Of a stretch of 64,000 nt of DNA, positions 28,420 to 36,669 are shown one piece after another. The stretch's first letter is position 1; each line of letters opens with the position of its first letter. A program made the position numbers and the translations under genes. Below the pieces are notes generated by a model. The model did not search any database, was not told the DNA's origin, and saw only the letters and a program-made list of their open reading frames with translations. Source of the stretch: an uncultured virus (IMG/VR IMGVR_UViG_3300043775_002247) (taxonomy: Duplodnaviria; Heunggongvirae; Uroviricota; Caudoviricetes); IMG/VR virus record IMGVR_UViG_3300043775_002247. One strand, 5' to 3'.

Positions 28420-28947
28420 TTAATTGTTATTTATTTCGTTATTCATTTGTTCTCGTATTTCTTCTAACGTTATTCCCGGTTCATTATCAATTCGTTCCTT
28501 AACCTCACTAGTCAGTCTATCAATAATGTCTTGACCTAAATTTTTATCTCTATCTGATGTTGGCATACCATTAACATTTGTTTCATCTTCATCGTCCTCA
28601 TTTTTATAATAATCTAACCAATCCGGTCTTTCTTGAACTTTAACACTCTCAACCTTCTCAATCATTTTTTGAACTTCAGTTTTAGAACCTATTAACATTT
28701 TAGACATCTGAACTTTTTTTTCAATATTTCTAAATCTATTGTAAAAATTTTGAGTTTTTGCTTCGTGAAAGTTAATATCTGTATTGTTTTCTTCTAAATA
28801 ATTAATAATACTTATAATTTCATCACTATCATCAGTAATACCCATATCATTTATTAACTGAAAAAAGTCATCACACTTGATAATCTTTCTTGTTTCTGTT
28901 TTATCTTGTAAAAACTTAATTACAAAATCACCTAATTTAGTTTCCAT
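28420..28947 (-). CDS. hypothetical protein
   Basis: 175 aa ORF within the operon. Confidence 0.65.
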   Translation of the reverse strand: METKLGDFVIKFLQDKTETRKIIKCDDFFQLINDMGITDDSDEIISIINYLEENNTDINFHEAKTQNFYNRFRNIEKKVQMSKMLIGSKTEVQKMIEKVESVKVQERPDWLDYYKNEDDEDETNVNGMPTSDRDKNLGQDIIDRLTSEVKERIDNEPGITLEEIREQMNNEINNN

Positions 28948-28950
28948 AAC

Positions 28951-29295
28951 TTAATTTTTTGTTGGTCTATTTTCTTCAAACCATTCTACCATCGAGTTGA
29001 ATGACCATACAAACCCTGACGCTATCAACCCATCAAAGAACCATCCAATCCAAGTCGGTGTTCCAATCAAAGATGTTGATGGGGAATAATAAGCAATTCC
29101 AAAGAAAAAACCAACCCAAGTTGATGTACACATCATACAAGATAGTAAATCCCCAATGAATTTAGCCAACCCATTGAAAGGTAATACTGATTCACCCCAC
29201 GCTTTTATAAAATTTCTTAATCCCTGAAATATTGACCCATAGACCAATATGTTTGACATTCCGTATGCCGCTAGTAACCAAATTAATAATACCAT
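28951..29295 (-). CDS. DUF1360-like membrane protein
   Basis: GDLLSCMMCTSTWVG motif within TM helices; start uncertain. Confidence 0.65.
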   Translation of the reverse strand: MVLLIWLLAAYGMSNILVYGSIFQGLRNFIKAWGESVLPFNGLAKFIGDLLSCMMCTSTWVGFFFGIAYYSPSTSLIGTPTWIGWFFDGLIASGFVWSFNSMVEWFEENRPTKN

Positions 29296-29296
29296 A

Positions 29297-29920
29297 TTAC
29301 ATTGTTTCATTTAAGTTAGAACCTTTCAAATATACAGCTTTTTGATTAACCGCAATAGATTCTAATTGTTTATTTTTATTTTCAAGTTCTTCAATCTTTG
29401 TGTTTTTCAAAGATAGTTCTTTTTTAAGTGTCTGTAAAGTTTCTTGAAGAAGTAATACTTTATCGTTTGGTTTTTCAATCTCAACAATCTTTTCTACTTC
29501 AACTATCTTCTCAACCTCAACTATTTTCTCCACAATTATTGGTTCAGGTTTGCCCCCAATTTCATCTATAATTGGGACAGGAACTTCCACTCTTACTTCT
29601 TTAATAACTTCTCTATCAACATATTTGATAACCTCAACTTCTTTAATAGTTTCAACGGGAACTTCCTTGACTATTTCTTTAATAACTTCTTTAACCACCT
29701 CAACTTCTTTAATAACTTCAACCGGTACTTCCACCCGTATTTCTTTTATTACTTCAATCTCCATTACTTTTTCTGAATCACCACCTAGTAACCCATATTT
29801 GTTAATGTTATACCCTTCGGTAAAACATTTTGATATGAAATTATCTACATCCTCAATATTGTTTAACTTACAATATTCTTGAACTGACTTTAATTGACTA
29901 GTTGTTAGTTTGACTTCCAC
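29297..29920 (-). CDS. protein with VEVPVEVIKE/EKIVEV repeats and a coiled coil
   Basis: Tandem V/E/K repeats at about residues 53-150. Confidence 0.78.
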   Translation of the reverse strand: MEVKLTTSQLKSVQEYCKLNNIEDVDNFISKCFTEGYNINKYGLLGGDSEKVMEIEVIKEIRVEVPVEVIKEVEVVKEVIKEIVKEVPVETIKEVEVIKYVDREVIKEVRVEVPVPIIDEIGGKPEPIIVEKIVEVEKIVEVEKIVEIEKPNDKVLLLQETLQTLKKELSLKNTKIEELENKNKQLESIAVNQKAVYLKGSNLNETM

Positions 29921-30695
29921 TGTTAACCAGTTTTTCAGTTCCGTTTATTATATCATCAAATGATTTCATTTTAAATGATAAGAAAGGTTTTGGATTATCC
30001 AAATCAACAAATGAATAATCATCTGATTCAAGATTGTAGATTCCGAATCCGTGTTTGGTTATTGTTTCACCATAGTTCTGTTGGATTGTTGAACCGACCA
30101 TATATGCTTTCTTCCCACCAGGTATGTTAAAGATTTGTCTTTTGTGAATATCACCACATAATACCAAATCACATCCGTTAAACTTATCCGTTTCAAATCC
30201 GGTTTCAAACTTATATCCAATATCGGTTGTTAATCCCTGAACCGGTCCGTGGAATAAACCTATCTTTAATCTACCCGTTTTTTCAATCTCAGGTGGAATG
30301 TTATGGTCAAGTAATGAATACACCACCCAATCAACATTATCGTCCTCGTATTCACCTCTGTTCTTCAAATAAACGATGTTGTCGTTTTTCAATGAATCAA
30401 TCACTGGTGTAAGAGCGTCCAACCTTGAAGAGTTACTCTCTAAGAAGTCGTGGTTTCCAATTATAACTATGGTTTTAGCAATTTGAGAACACTCCGTAAG
30501 AATCCAAGCAACAAACTCAATAAGTTCAGGAGTCATTTGATTTTTAGAGTGAACTAAATCTCCGGTGAAAACAATTCTGTCCGGAGCAATCTCTTTGAAT
30601 TGCACCAACATATCATTCAAGATTCCTCGATATAAATCGTGGTCTTTAAATAATCTTATATGTAAGTCACTAAAGTGAACTAATTTCTTTATCAT
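29898..30695 (-). CDS. Mre11/SbcD (gp47-like) metallophosphoesterase nuclease
   Basis: SDLH, TGDLV, GNHD, FHG and GDIHK motifs, then GSTIQQNYGE. Confidence 0.93.
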   Translation of the reverse strand: MIKKLVHFSDLHIRLFKDHDLYRGILNDMLVQFKEIAPDRIVFTGDLVHSKNQMTPELIEFVAWILTECSQIAKTIVIIGNHDFLESNSSRLDALTPVIDSLKNDNIVYLKNRGEYEDDNVDWVVYSLLDHNIPPEIEKTGRLKIGLFHGPVQGLTTDIGYKFETGFETDKFNGCDLVLCGDIHKRQIFNIPGGKKAYMVGSTIQQNYGETITKHGFGIYNLESDDYSFVDLDNPKPFLSFKMKSFDDIINGTEKLVNSGSQTNN

Positions 30696-30696
30696 C

Positions 30697-30885
30697 TTAT
30701 TTTTTTATTTTCCAATTTAATAGTACCCAAATCAAAAACATTACAGGAATTGCTACCCACCACACCCATTCTTTACTTGGTGATATTATATCATTCATCT
30801 TCAGCATAAAGTAAGTCATTGTTGGTATCCACCACAATGATGCGGTACAGATACCACAAACTTCAGGTCGTTTAATTAATCTCAT
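30697..30885 (-). CDS. small membrane protein
   Basis: 62 aa, Trp-rich, two hydrophobic segments. Confidence 0.55.
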   Translation of the reverse strand: MRLIKRPEVCGICTASLWWIPTMTYFMLKMNDIISPSKEWVWWVAIPVMFLIWVLLNWKIKK

Positions 30886-31100
30886 TACTTATCAAATAAT
30901 TTAAAATCTTCATTTACATGACCACAATCGTCACATCTATAAGTTGGGAAAGGAACTATGGTGTCTTCCTGACTTCCTGTTAACAATTTGTTAACTTTTT
31001 TTATCATTGTTACTTCCTTGAAGTAGATTCCGTCACACTCCTCACACACTAATGTCGGTTGTTGTTTTAAATCAATTTTTGGTTTTAATAAATCGTCCAT
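30885..31100 (-). CDS. small zinc-ribbon protein
   Basis: CEEC...CDDC. Confidence 0.75.
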   Translation of the reverse strand: MDDLLKPKIDLKQQPTLVCEECDGIYFKEVTMIKKVNKLLTGSQEDTIVPFPTYRCDDCGHVNEDFKLFDK

Positions 31101-31128
31101 ATGTTTTTATTTTAAATTTAGTTAATTT

Positions 31129-31992
31129 TTATTTTTTAGTCAAATACTTTGACATATCCATTTCCAATATAGTTTCTTGAACTCCTTTTGGAACACGGAA
31201 TTCTTCATACTCACCAATTTCCTTAACAAGAACAATAATACACCCATACAATTTAATGTTCTCGTATTTTGTTCCTTGTAACATCTTAATAAGAAGTTTC
31301 CCATAAAATGGTAATTGGGTAAAGTAGTGACCCAATGCGTTATTTGGTAATTTATCAAATGGGTAATACATTTTTTTGGTGAAATGACTCTCCTCAAAGT
31401 TCTTTGGTTTGTTTGACTTCCAATCGGTTATCACTAGCCCAAACTCTGTTTGTTCCTTATTCATTATGAGCCACACCTTATCGGGTTGTCCGGTATATTT
31501 TAATTCAGGGTCTCCCAATACAATCTCCGTATCCAATAACACCGCACCTCTCTCAACCATAAGATTTAGGTATGCCGCCCCGGCTGATATCATACTATCA
31601 CCTTTTAATATTTGGGTGAAGTCACATTCAAATATTGGTTGTCTTACTTCTTTGTAATCACCAAACATCTCTATGGTTTTCTTTTCTAACATATAGTGAA
31701 CCCTACTTCCCATATTGGTTGAATAGTCACCAGCAGCTTTCCATTCATCTAATAATTGTTGTTGAACTTCAGGGTCACCTTTGGCTTTCTTAAAAGATAT
31801 CCCTTCTGTGTCAAACTCCTCGTAGAAATATTTCATTACCTTACTAACAGATGGATAATCACTTCTGATAACTCCGGTCTCATCCTTCATATAATAAGTG
31901 TGGGTGTCCTCAACGAATGTTAATTCAAGTTCCTCTCTTCGTTTATCTAATAACCCTCTTATTTCTTTCGCAACCTCATTTAAATCTATCAT
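31129..31992 (-). CDS. PD-(D/E)xK exonuclease
   Basis: SVSKV, GSRVH, GQPDKV, DWKS and QLPFY motifs. Confidence 0.88.
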   Translation of the reverse strand: MIDLNEVAKEIRGLLDKRREELELTFVEDTHTYYMKDETGVIRSDYPSVSKVMKYFYEEFDTEGISFKKAKGDPEVQQQLLDEWKAAGDYSTNMGSRVHYMLEKKTIEMFGDYKEVRQPIFECDFTQILKGDSMISAGAAYLNLMVERGAVLLDTEIVLGDPELKYTGQPDKVWLIMNKEQTEFGLVITDWKSNKPKNFEESHFTKKMYYPFDKLPNNALGHYFTQLPFYGKLLIKMLQGTKYENIKLYGCIIVLVKEIGEYEEFRVPKGVQETILEMDMSKYLTKK

Positions 31993-32892
31993 CTATTTTA
32001 TTTTATAATAGTAATCACTGATGTTACCCCTTAAATCGGCAACATCGGCATCACCTGTTAATTTTATTATTTTAACTTTACCATATAATTTACCACCATT
32101 TAGGTTGTGATATAACTTAACTGCGTCTGACCACGCATCGGCGTCGAGACATATAATTATATTACCATTCGCTTTCTCATACAACGTGTTAAGTAATAAC
32201 TCGGACATATGTTTTCCTAACATAGCAATACTATTAGGTAGGAATATAGCATCAAATGCACCTTCACAAAGATGGATGTCCTCATTCCAATTTATTGTGT
32301 TCTCAAAAAATATTATCTCATCTTTGGACGCTTCGGGGTTTTTATATTTTGCCCTTGAGTTTGCGTCCCAACTTCTTGCAATAAAATAATTTAATACACC
32401 TTTATTATCATAAGATGGTATAATAATTCTCCCCGAGAATGCTCCCGTATCACAGAATCCAATACCATACTTCTCAATAATCTCATCGGTAATCCCACGT
32501 TGTTTAAGGTAATTGTAAGCTTGACGACGAACCGGATAAACCAAACTACTATCTTTAAATAATGTAAAACCTGTCGGTAACTTTAAATAATCTTTACGTT
32601 TCTCTTTTGGTTTATGATTTTCAGGTTGAAGTAAGTTATATATTTTCTTTTGTTTCTTATCACCAAAGTTATCAATAAGTTTACCAAGAGGACCTTTTGT
32701 GTTATTCTCGTCACCACAACTCCAACACTTATATACGTGTTCAAAGTAATTTACCTCAAGGTTTCCTTTATGTTGGTCTTCATCGCATATCGGACAATCA
32801 AAAGATATTTGACCTTTTGATTCATAGTGGAGTTTTTCATCTCCAAGAATATCGTGTAGTATTTCTAATAAAATTTCCGCATCATCTGACAT
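31993..32892 (-). CDS. DNA primase (zinc finger plus TOPRIM)
   Basis: CPIC...CWSC, YLKQRGI, RIIIP, KYKNP, EGAFDA and LDADA motifs; likely start MSDDAE at 32892. Confidence 0.92.
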   Translation of the reverse strand: MSDDAEILLEILHDILGDEKLHYESKGQISFDCPICDEDQHKGNLEVNYFEHVYKCWSCGDENNTKGPLGKLIDNFGDKKQKKIYNLLQPENHKPKEKRKDYLKLPTGFTLFKDSSLVYPVRRQAYNYLKQRGITDEIIEKYGIGFCDTGAFSGRIIIPSYDNKGVLNYFIARSWDANSRAKYKNPEASKDEIIFFENTINWNEDIHLCEGAFDAIFLPNSIAMLGKHMSELLLNTLYEKANGNIIICLDADAWSDAVKLYHNLNGGKLYGKVKIIKLTGDADVADLRGNISDYYYKIK

Positions 32893-32896
32893 ACAG

Positions 32897-32904
32897 CAAA
32901 GATA
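32897..32904 (-). promoter_or_regulatory. Bacteroidota-type -7 promoter box
   Basis: TATCTTTG four nt before the primase ATG. Confidence 0.6.
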
Positions 32905-32977
32905 AGAAAAAATAATATAACTGTCAATCTTCACAAGTTTTTCATTCCCATTATATTTATTGAGATAACCTAAAGAA

Positions 32978-33193
32978 ATGAGCACACAAATAACTATAAG
33001 TAATATTACCGGAGTATCTCCTTTTAAAGTGTATCTATGTGATAACCCTATTACTTTATCAATATATATAGACACAATTTCAACATTCCCATATAATGTG
33101 ACAATACCACCTATTTGGAGTTCGTTAACATCTTTTAATATAAAAGTTATTGATAATAATAATTGTGAATCAATTTTAAATCTAACATTATAA
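32978..33193 (+). CDS. small putative virion protein
   Basis: First gene after TATTTAT (32954-32960); paralog of 36334..36639. Confidence 0.7.
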   Translation: MSTQITISNITGVSPFKVYLCDNPITLSIYIDTISTFPYNVTIPPIWSSLTSFNIKVIDNNNCESILNLTL

Positions 33194-33194
33194 T

Positions 33195-34100
33195 ATGCCG
33201 TGTAGTTCTACATATTGCCTTTCAAACACTGGTTACCCAACATTTAACGACCTATACTTTAGTGCAGGGACATGGAATTCTCAACTATATTGGACCGGTC
33301 AAACAAATGGATTATCCATTTATTATAACACAGGGTCAACTCAATGGTGTTTATCAACAGTTTTAGACGGGTCTTGTCTTTTATCGGGTCAATCACCTTG
33401 TTTCAACCCGTGTCCGGATTTAGATGATGTTTATTTTTCTATTGGAGCGTGTCCAACACCAACTCCCACACCAACATTAAATTGTGCAAATTTAAATTTC
33501 TCAGCAATATTTGATTGTGATTTTGAAACAACTCCAACACCAACTGTAACTAGTACAACTACATTAACACCTACACCAACACCTACACCAACTAAATTTT
33601 GTAATGTAGTTATAAGTGCAACAATTCAAAGTGTTACTTCCACTCCAACACCAACACCTACAATGACCCCGACACCATCGGCACAAATTGCTCGTACTTG
33701 TACTTTTGAACAAGGGGTAACTTTCAATACAATTGATGATAGTATTGTATGTCCTTATAGTTATCAATTCCAAAATTGTTATGACGGTACGATGTATTAT
33801 ACCACAAATCAATTAGTTACACCAGGAAATATCCCAATTGAAAATTTTCAAGTTTATCAAGCTAACGTTAATGGGACAGTAATATGTGTTGGATATATTG
33901 GGGTTAATAATAACACAATCGGTATTGATGATATTACATTACTAATTGGTCCTTATGGAAGTCAAATAGGTGCGGATTGTATTTTATGTTCAGAATCAAT
34001 TATACCTACACCAACTCCAACTCCTACACCAACATCTTCAGGAATTCCATCTCCGTGTATTGATTGTGGATTAGAGGGTTACTTATATAATAAAACTTAA
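33195..34100 (+). CDS. Cys-rich protein with (PT)n tracts, putative virion protein
   Basis: Several PTPTPT tracts separating Cys-rich domains. Confidence 0.8.
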   Translation: MPCSSTYCLSNTGYPTFNDLYFSAGTWNSQLYWTGQTNGLSIYYNTGSTQWCLSTVLDGSCLLSGQSPCFNPCPDLDDVYFSIGACPTPTPTPTLNCANLNFSAIFDCDFETTPTPTVTSTTTLTPTPTPTPTKFCNVVISATIQSVTSTPTPTPTMTPTPSAQIARTCTFEQGVTFNTIDDSIVCPYSYQFQNCYDGTMYYTTNQLVTPGNIPIENFQVYQANVNGTVICVGYIGVNNNTIGIDDITLLIGPYGSQIGADCILCSESIIPTPTPTPTPTSSGIPSPCIDCGLEGYLYNKT

Positions 34101-34110
34101 AAATTAAAAT

Positions 34111-36330
34111 ATGCCGTTTTCAGCTTCAACTTGTTTAACCGATTTAGGAACTACCCTTTTAGGTGGAACATTTAACATATATTCAAACGTTGATAATTAT
34201 ACATCACCTTTTCAAACTAACGTAAGTTATGATAGTTTATTTGGTCCGTTATGTCCGTATGTTATGGGTAATGTACCCGATTTAACTACCACAATTAGAA
34301 TAATAGACATATTATCAAAATGTTGTGCAACACTTGATTTATTATCTAACGATTTATGTACAACTTGTGAGTTATCCTTTGATTCATATCAAACTAATAC
34401 TATTGGTTTAATTGTCGCAGGAGAATTAACCGGTAGTTGTGAAAATGACATTACAGATTATAGAATAATTTGGTACGGACCAAATTCTTCAACAAATATT
34501 GCCTTCACATCAGGTTTTGGTCAAGATATAAATTTTTTACCAAGAGATTTTACACATCCATTAGTAGGTATTAATTCTCCAATGCAGCCAGCAGGAACTT
34601 ATATACCTGTAATTGATAAAGTTAAACTAAATGGACTTAATTATTCTCAAACAGGTGGAACTGGTTATATTCAAGCCGAGTTAGAATGTTTTAACGCAAC
34701 AACAGTTAATGTTCAACCTTTTACTTGTGACAATGGAACAGTACCGTTACCGAACAATTATACTCATAGGGTTAATTTTGCTGGAGCAGCCGCAGGTGTA
34801 ACTCCATTAACTTTACAATCAACATTTGAATTAGATTTAACAACCGATTATTTTTCTTGGAAATTTCGAGGGTTTAATATACCGGACTCACTTAAAATTA
34901 CGTTTTATGGTTCAGCATATACAGACCCAATTATTTTAGAGTATTGGGTAGTTGGAGGTGACCTTGGAACTTCATTTATTAATTTATTAACTTTTCCAAA
35001 ATCAGCCGATACTTCAAATTATTTTTCAAAAGTAACATCATTAACATCATTAACAAGAAGTCCCGGAGATTATTTAATTTTAGAAGTAATTCCAAATCAA
35101 ATTAACCCACAAACGGAATGGGATTTTTATTTTACTTGTATGGACACCTTTGACTGTGATTTATGTTTATACGATTATTTAAATACACCATATAAAATAC
35201 AATCATCATCTATTACTGGTTTTACAGGTTCTTGTTCATCAATTATAGTTAATCTTAATTTATCAGGTTGTACCTCAAGTGCTATAACTGATAACGATAT
35301 TTACAAATATCAAGTAACAACTATAACAGCTATCAATACGACACAGTTCTCTGAGGTAAGCACCAATAATAGTACAGGACTACTTAATAGGAACTTCCCT
35401 AACACATTAGATTGGGACTCTACAACCTGTTCTGCAAATTATAACTTTACTACAACACCAACTTGTTCACCCCCTAACACAAATACAATTAAATTTAAAA
35501 AAGAAAACACTGGTCCATCAGGACAAGGAGTAATTAAAATGGAATTTAGTAGTTTAAGTGATTTAATACATTATAAATCATCTTATGATTTGTTGTCACC
35601 TTATTATGGAACACCATCAAATCCTGCCGACCCAAATTATTATAGATATTTTGAGTTATATATACCAAAACAACCCCAATCTAATCCTTGTGGAGATGGA
35701 ACAACTGTTGTAAAATATGATATACATTATTCTAGTATAGTAACAACCGGAGATACAGGAGGGGTTTATACTTTAAACATCACAATGCCAACAATATCTG
35801 ACGGTTTACCACCGTTTGACCCTTGTGATATTAGTTGTCAAACCATCATTAACGATATAATTAGAAATGTTAATGTTAGTTCAACCGGAGTAACAAATAT
35901 TGAAGATTTCACAACCAATACTGGTTCTAAATATGTTAGACCTTTTGGGGCATCTTTATATTTTGTAGAAAATCCACCAACCGTTGTTAGTGCATCAACT
36001 CTCCATGGGTTTTATTGGCTAAATAATTATCTTAACTCAACAGTACCTTTTTCAGGTAGTAGTTCACCTTATACACAAATACCTTCGTTATCCGCATTAA
36101 CTTGTAATAATTTTACATCAATCGGAACATCGAGCGGTGGAGGTATTCAACAATTTGTTTCCGTCTATCATTATAGAGTTGAATTAACAGACCCAAATAA
36201 TGTTAAATCTTTTAGAATTTTAGCATCACCTATTGTTAATGGTGTTTCTAATAGTGTATTTAGTGATGTCGTTGCAACAGTAATAAATGGTGTTCTTCAA
36301 TTACCAACAAACCCATTATATACTTTTTAA
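34111..36330 (+). CDS. putative virion structural protein
   Basis: 739 aa rich in T/S/N/C within the structural block. Confidence 0.7.
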   Translation: MPFSASTCLTDLGTTLLGGTFNIYSNVDNYTSPFQTNVSYDSLFGPLCPYVMGNVPDLTTTIRIIDILSKCCATLDLLSNDLCTTCELSFDSYQTNTIGLIVAGELTGSCENDITDYRIIWYGPNSSTNIAFTSGFGQDINFLPRDFTHPLVGINSPMQPAGTYIPVIDKVKLNGLNYSQTGGTGYIQAELECFNATTVNVQPFTCDNGTVPLPNNYTHRVNFAGAAAGVTPLTLQSTFELDLTTDYFSWKFRGFNIPDSLKITFYGSAYTDPIILEYWVVGGDLGTSFINLLTFPKSADTSNYFSKVTSLTSLTRSPGDYLILEVIPNQINPQTEWDFYFTCMDTFDCDLCLYDYLNTPYKIQSSSITGFTGSCSSIIVNLNLSGCTSSAITDNDIYKYQVTTITAINTTQFSEVSTNNSTGLLNRNFPNTLDWDSTTCSANYNFTTTPTCSPPNTNTIKFKKENTGPSGQGVIKMEFSSLSDLIHYKSSYDLLSPYYGTPSNPADPNYYRYFELYIPKQPQSNPCGDGTTVVKYDIHYSSIVTTGDTGGVYTLNITMPTISDGLPPFDPCDISCQTIINDIIRNVNVSSTGVTNIEDFTTNTGSKYVRPFGASLYFVENPPTVVSASTLHGFYWLNNYLNSTVPFSGSSSPYTQIPSLSALTCNNFTSIGTSSGGGIQQFVSVYHYRVELTDPNNVKSFRILASPIVNGVSNSVFSDVVATVINGVLQLPTNPLYTF

Positions 36331-36333
36331 TAT

Positions 36334-36639
36334 ATGACAGCAATTAACATACAAGCAATTACAGGTTCAAACTTCCCGTATACAATTTATGCGTGTGATG
36401 TTTATGGTAATCATTGTGCGTTAATTGCAACAATAGTTACTTCAGTACCTCCGGATAATATTATTGTGTTACCTTCACAATTTAATAATGTTGCCGCAGT
36501 AGGTATTAAAGTCATTTATGGGGATGGTTGTGAAAGATTTGAAGTGGTATATTGTAACTTATTACCACCAGTTCCAAAACAATTCCAAGATTACGAATAT
36601 TTTGAATTTATGGACTTTGAGATATTCGATTTCCAATAA
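36334..36639 (+). CDS. small putative virion protein
   Basis: Paralog of 32978..33193; acidic/aromatic C-terminal tail. Confidence 0.7.
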   Translation: MTAINIQAITGSNFPYTIYACDVYGNHCALIATIVTSVPPDNIIVLPSQFNNVAAVGIKVIYGDGCERFEVVYCNLLPPVPKQFQDYEYFEFMDFEIFDFQ

Positions 36640-36669
36640 CGAACTATTTATAATATAAAACAAAAACCA

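Noticed and set aside
31129..31992. Cas4/CRISPR adaptation gene
   Set aside because: It lacks the Fe-S cysteine cluster and has no cas genes or array nearby; it fits a generic phage exonuclease next to the primase
32893..33075. 61 aa N-terminal extension of the primase given in the ORF track
   Set aside because: It overlaps the divergent gene at 32978 and both promoter motifs; the ATG at 32892 fits better
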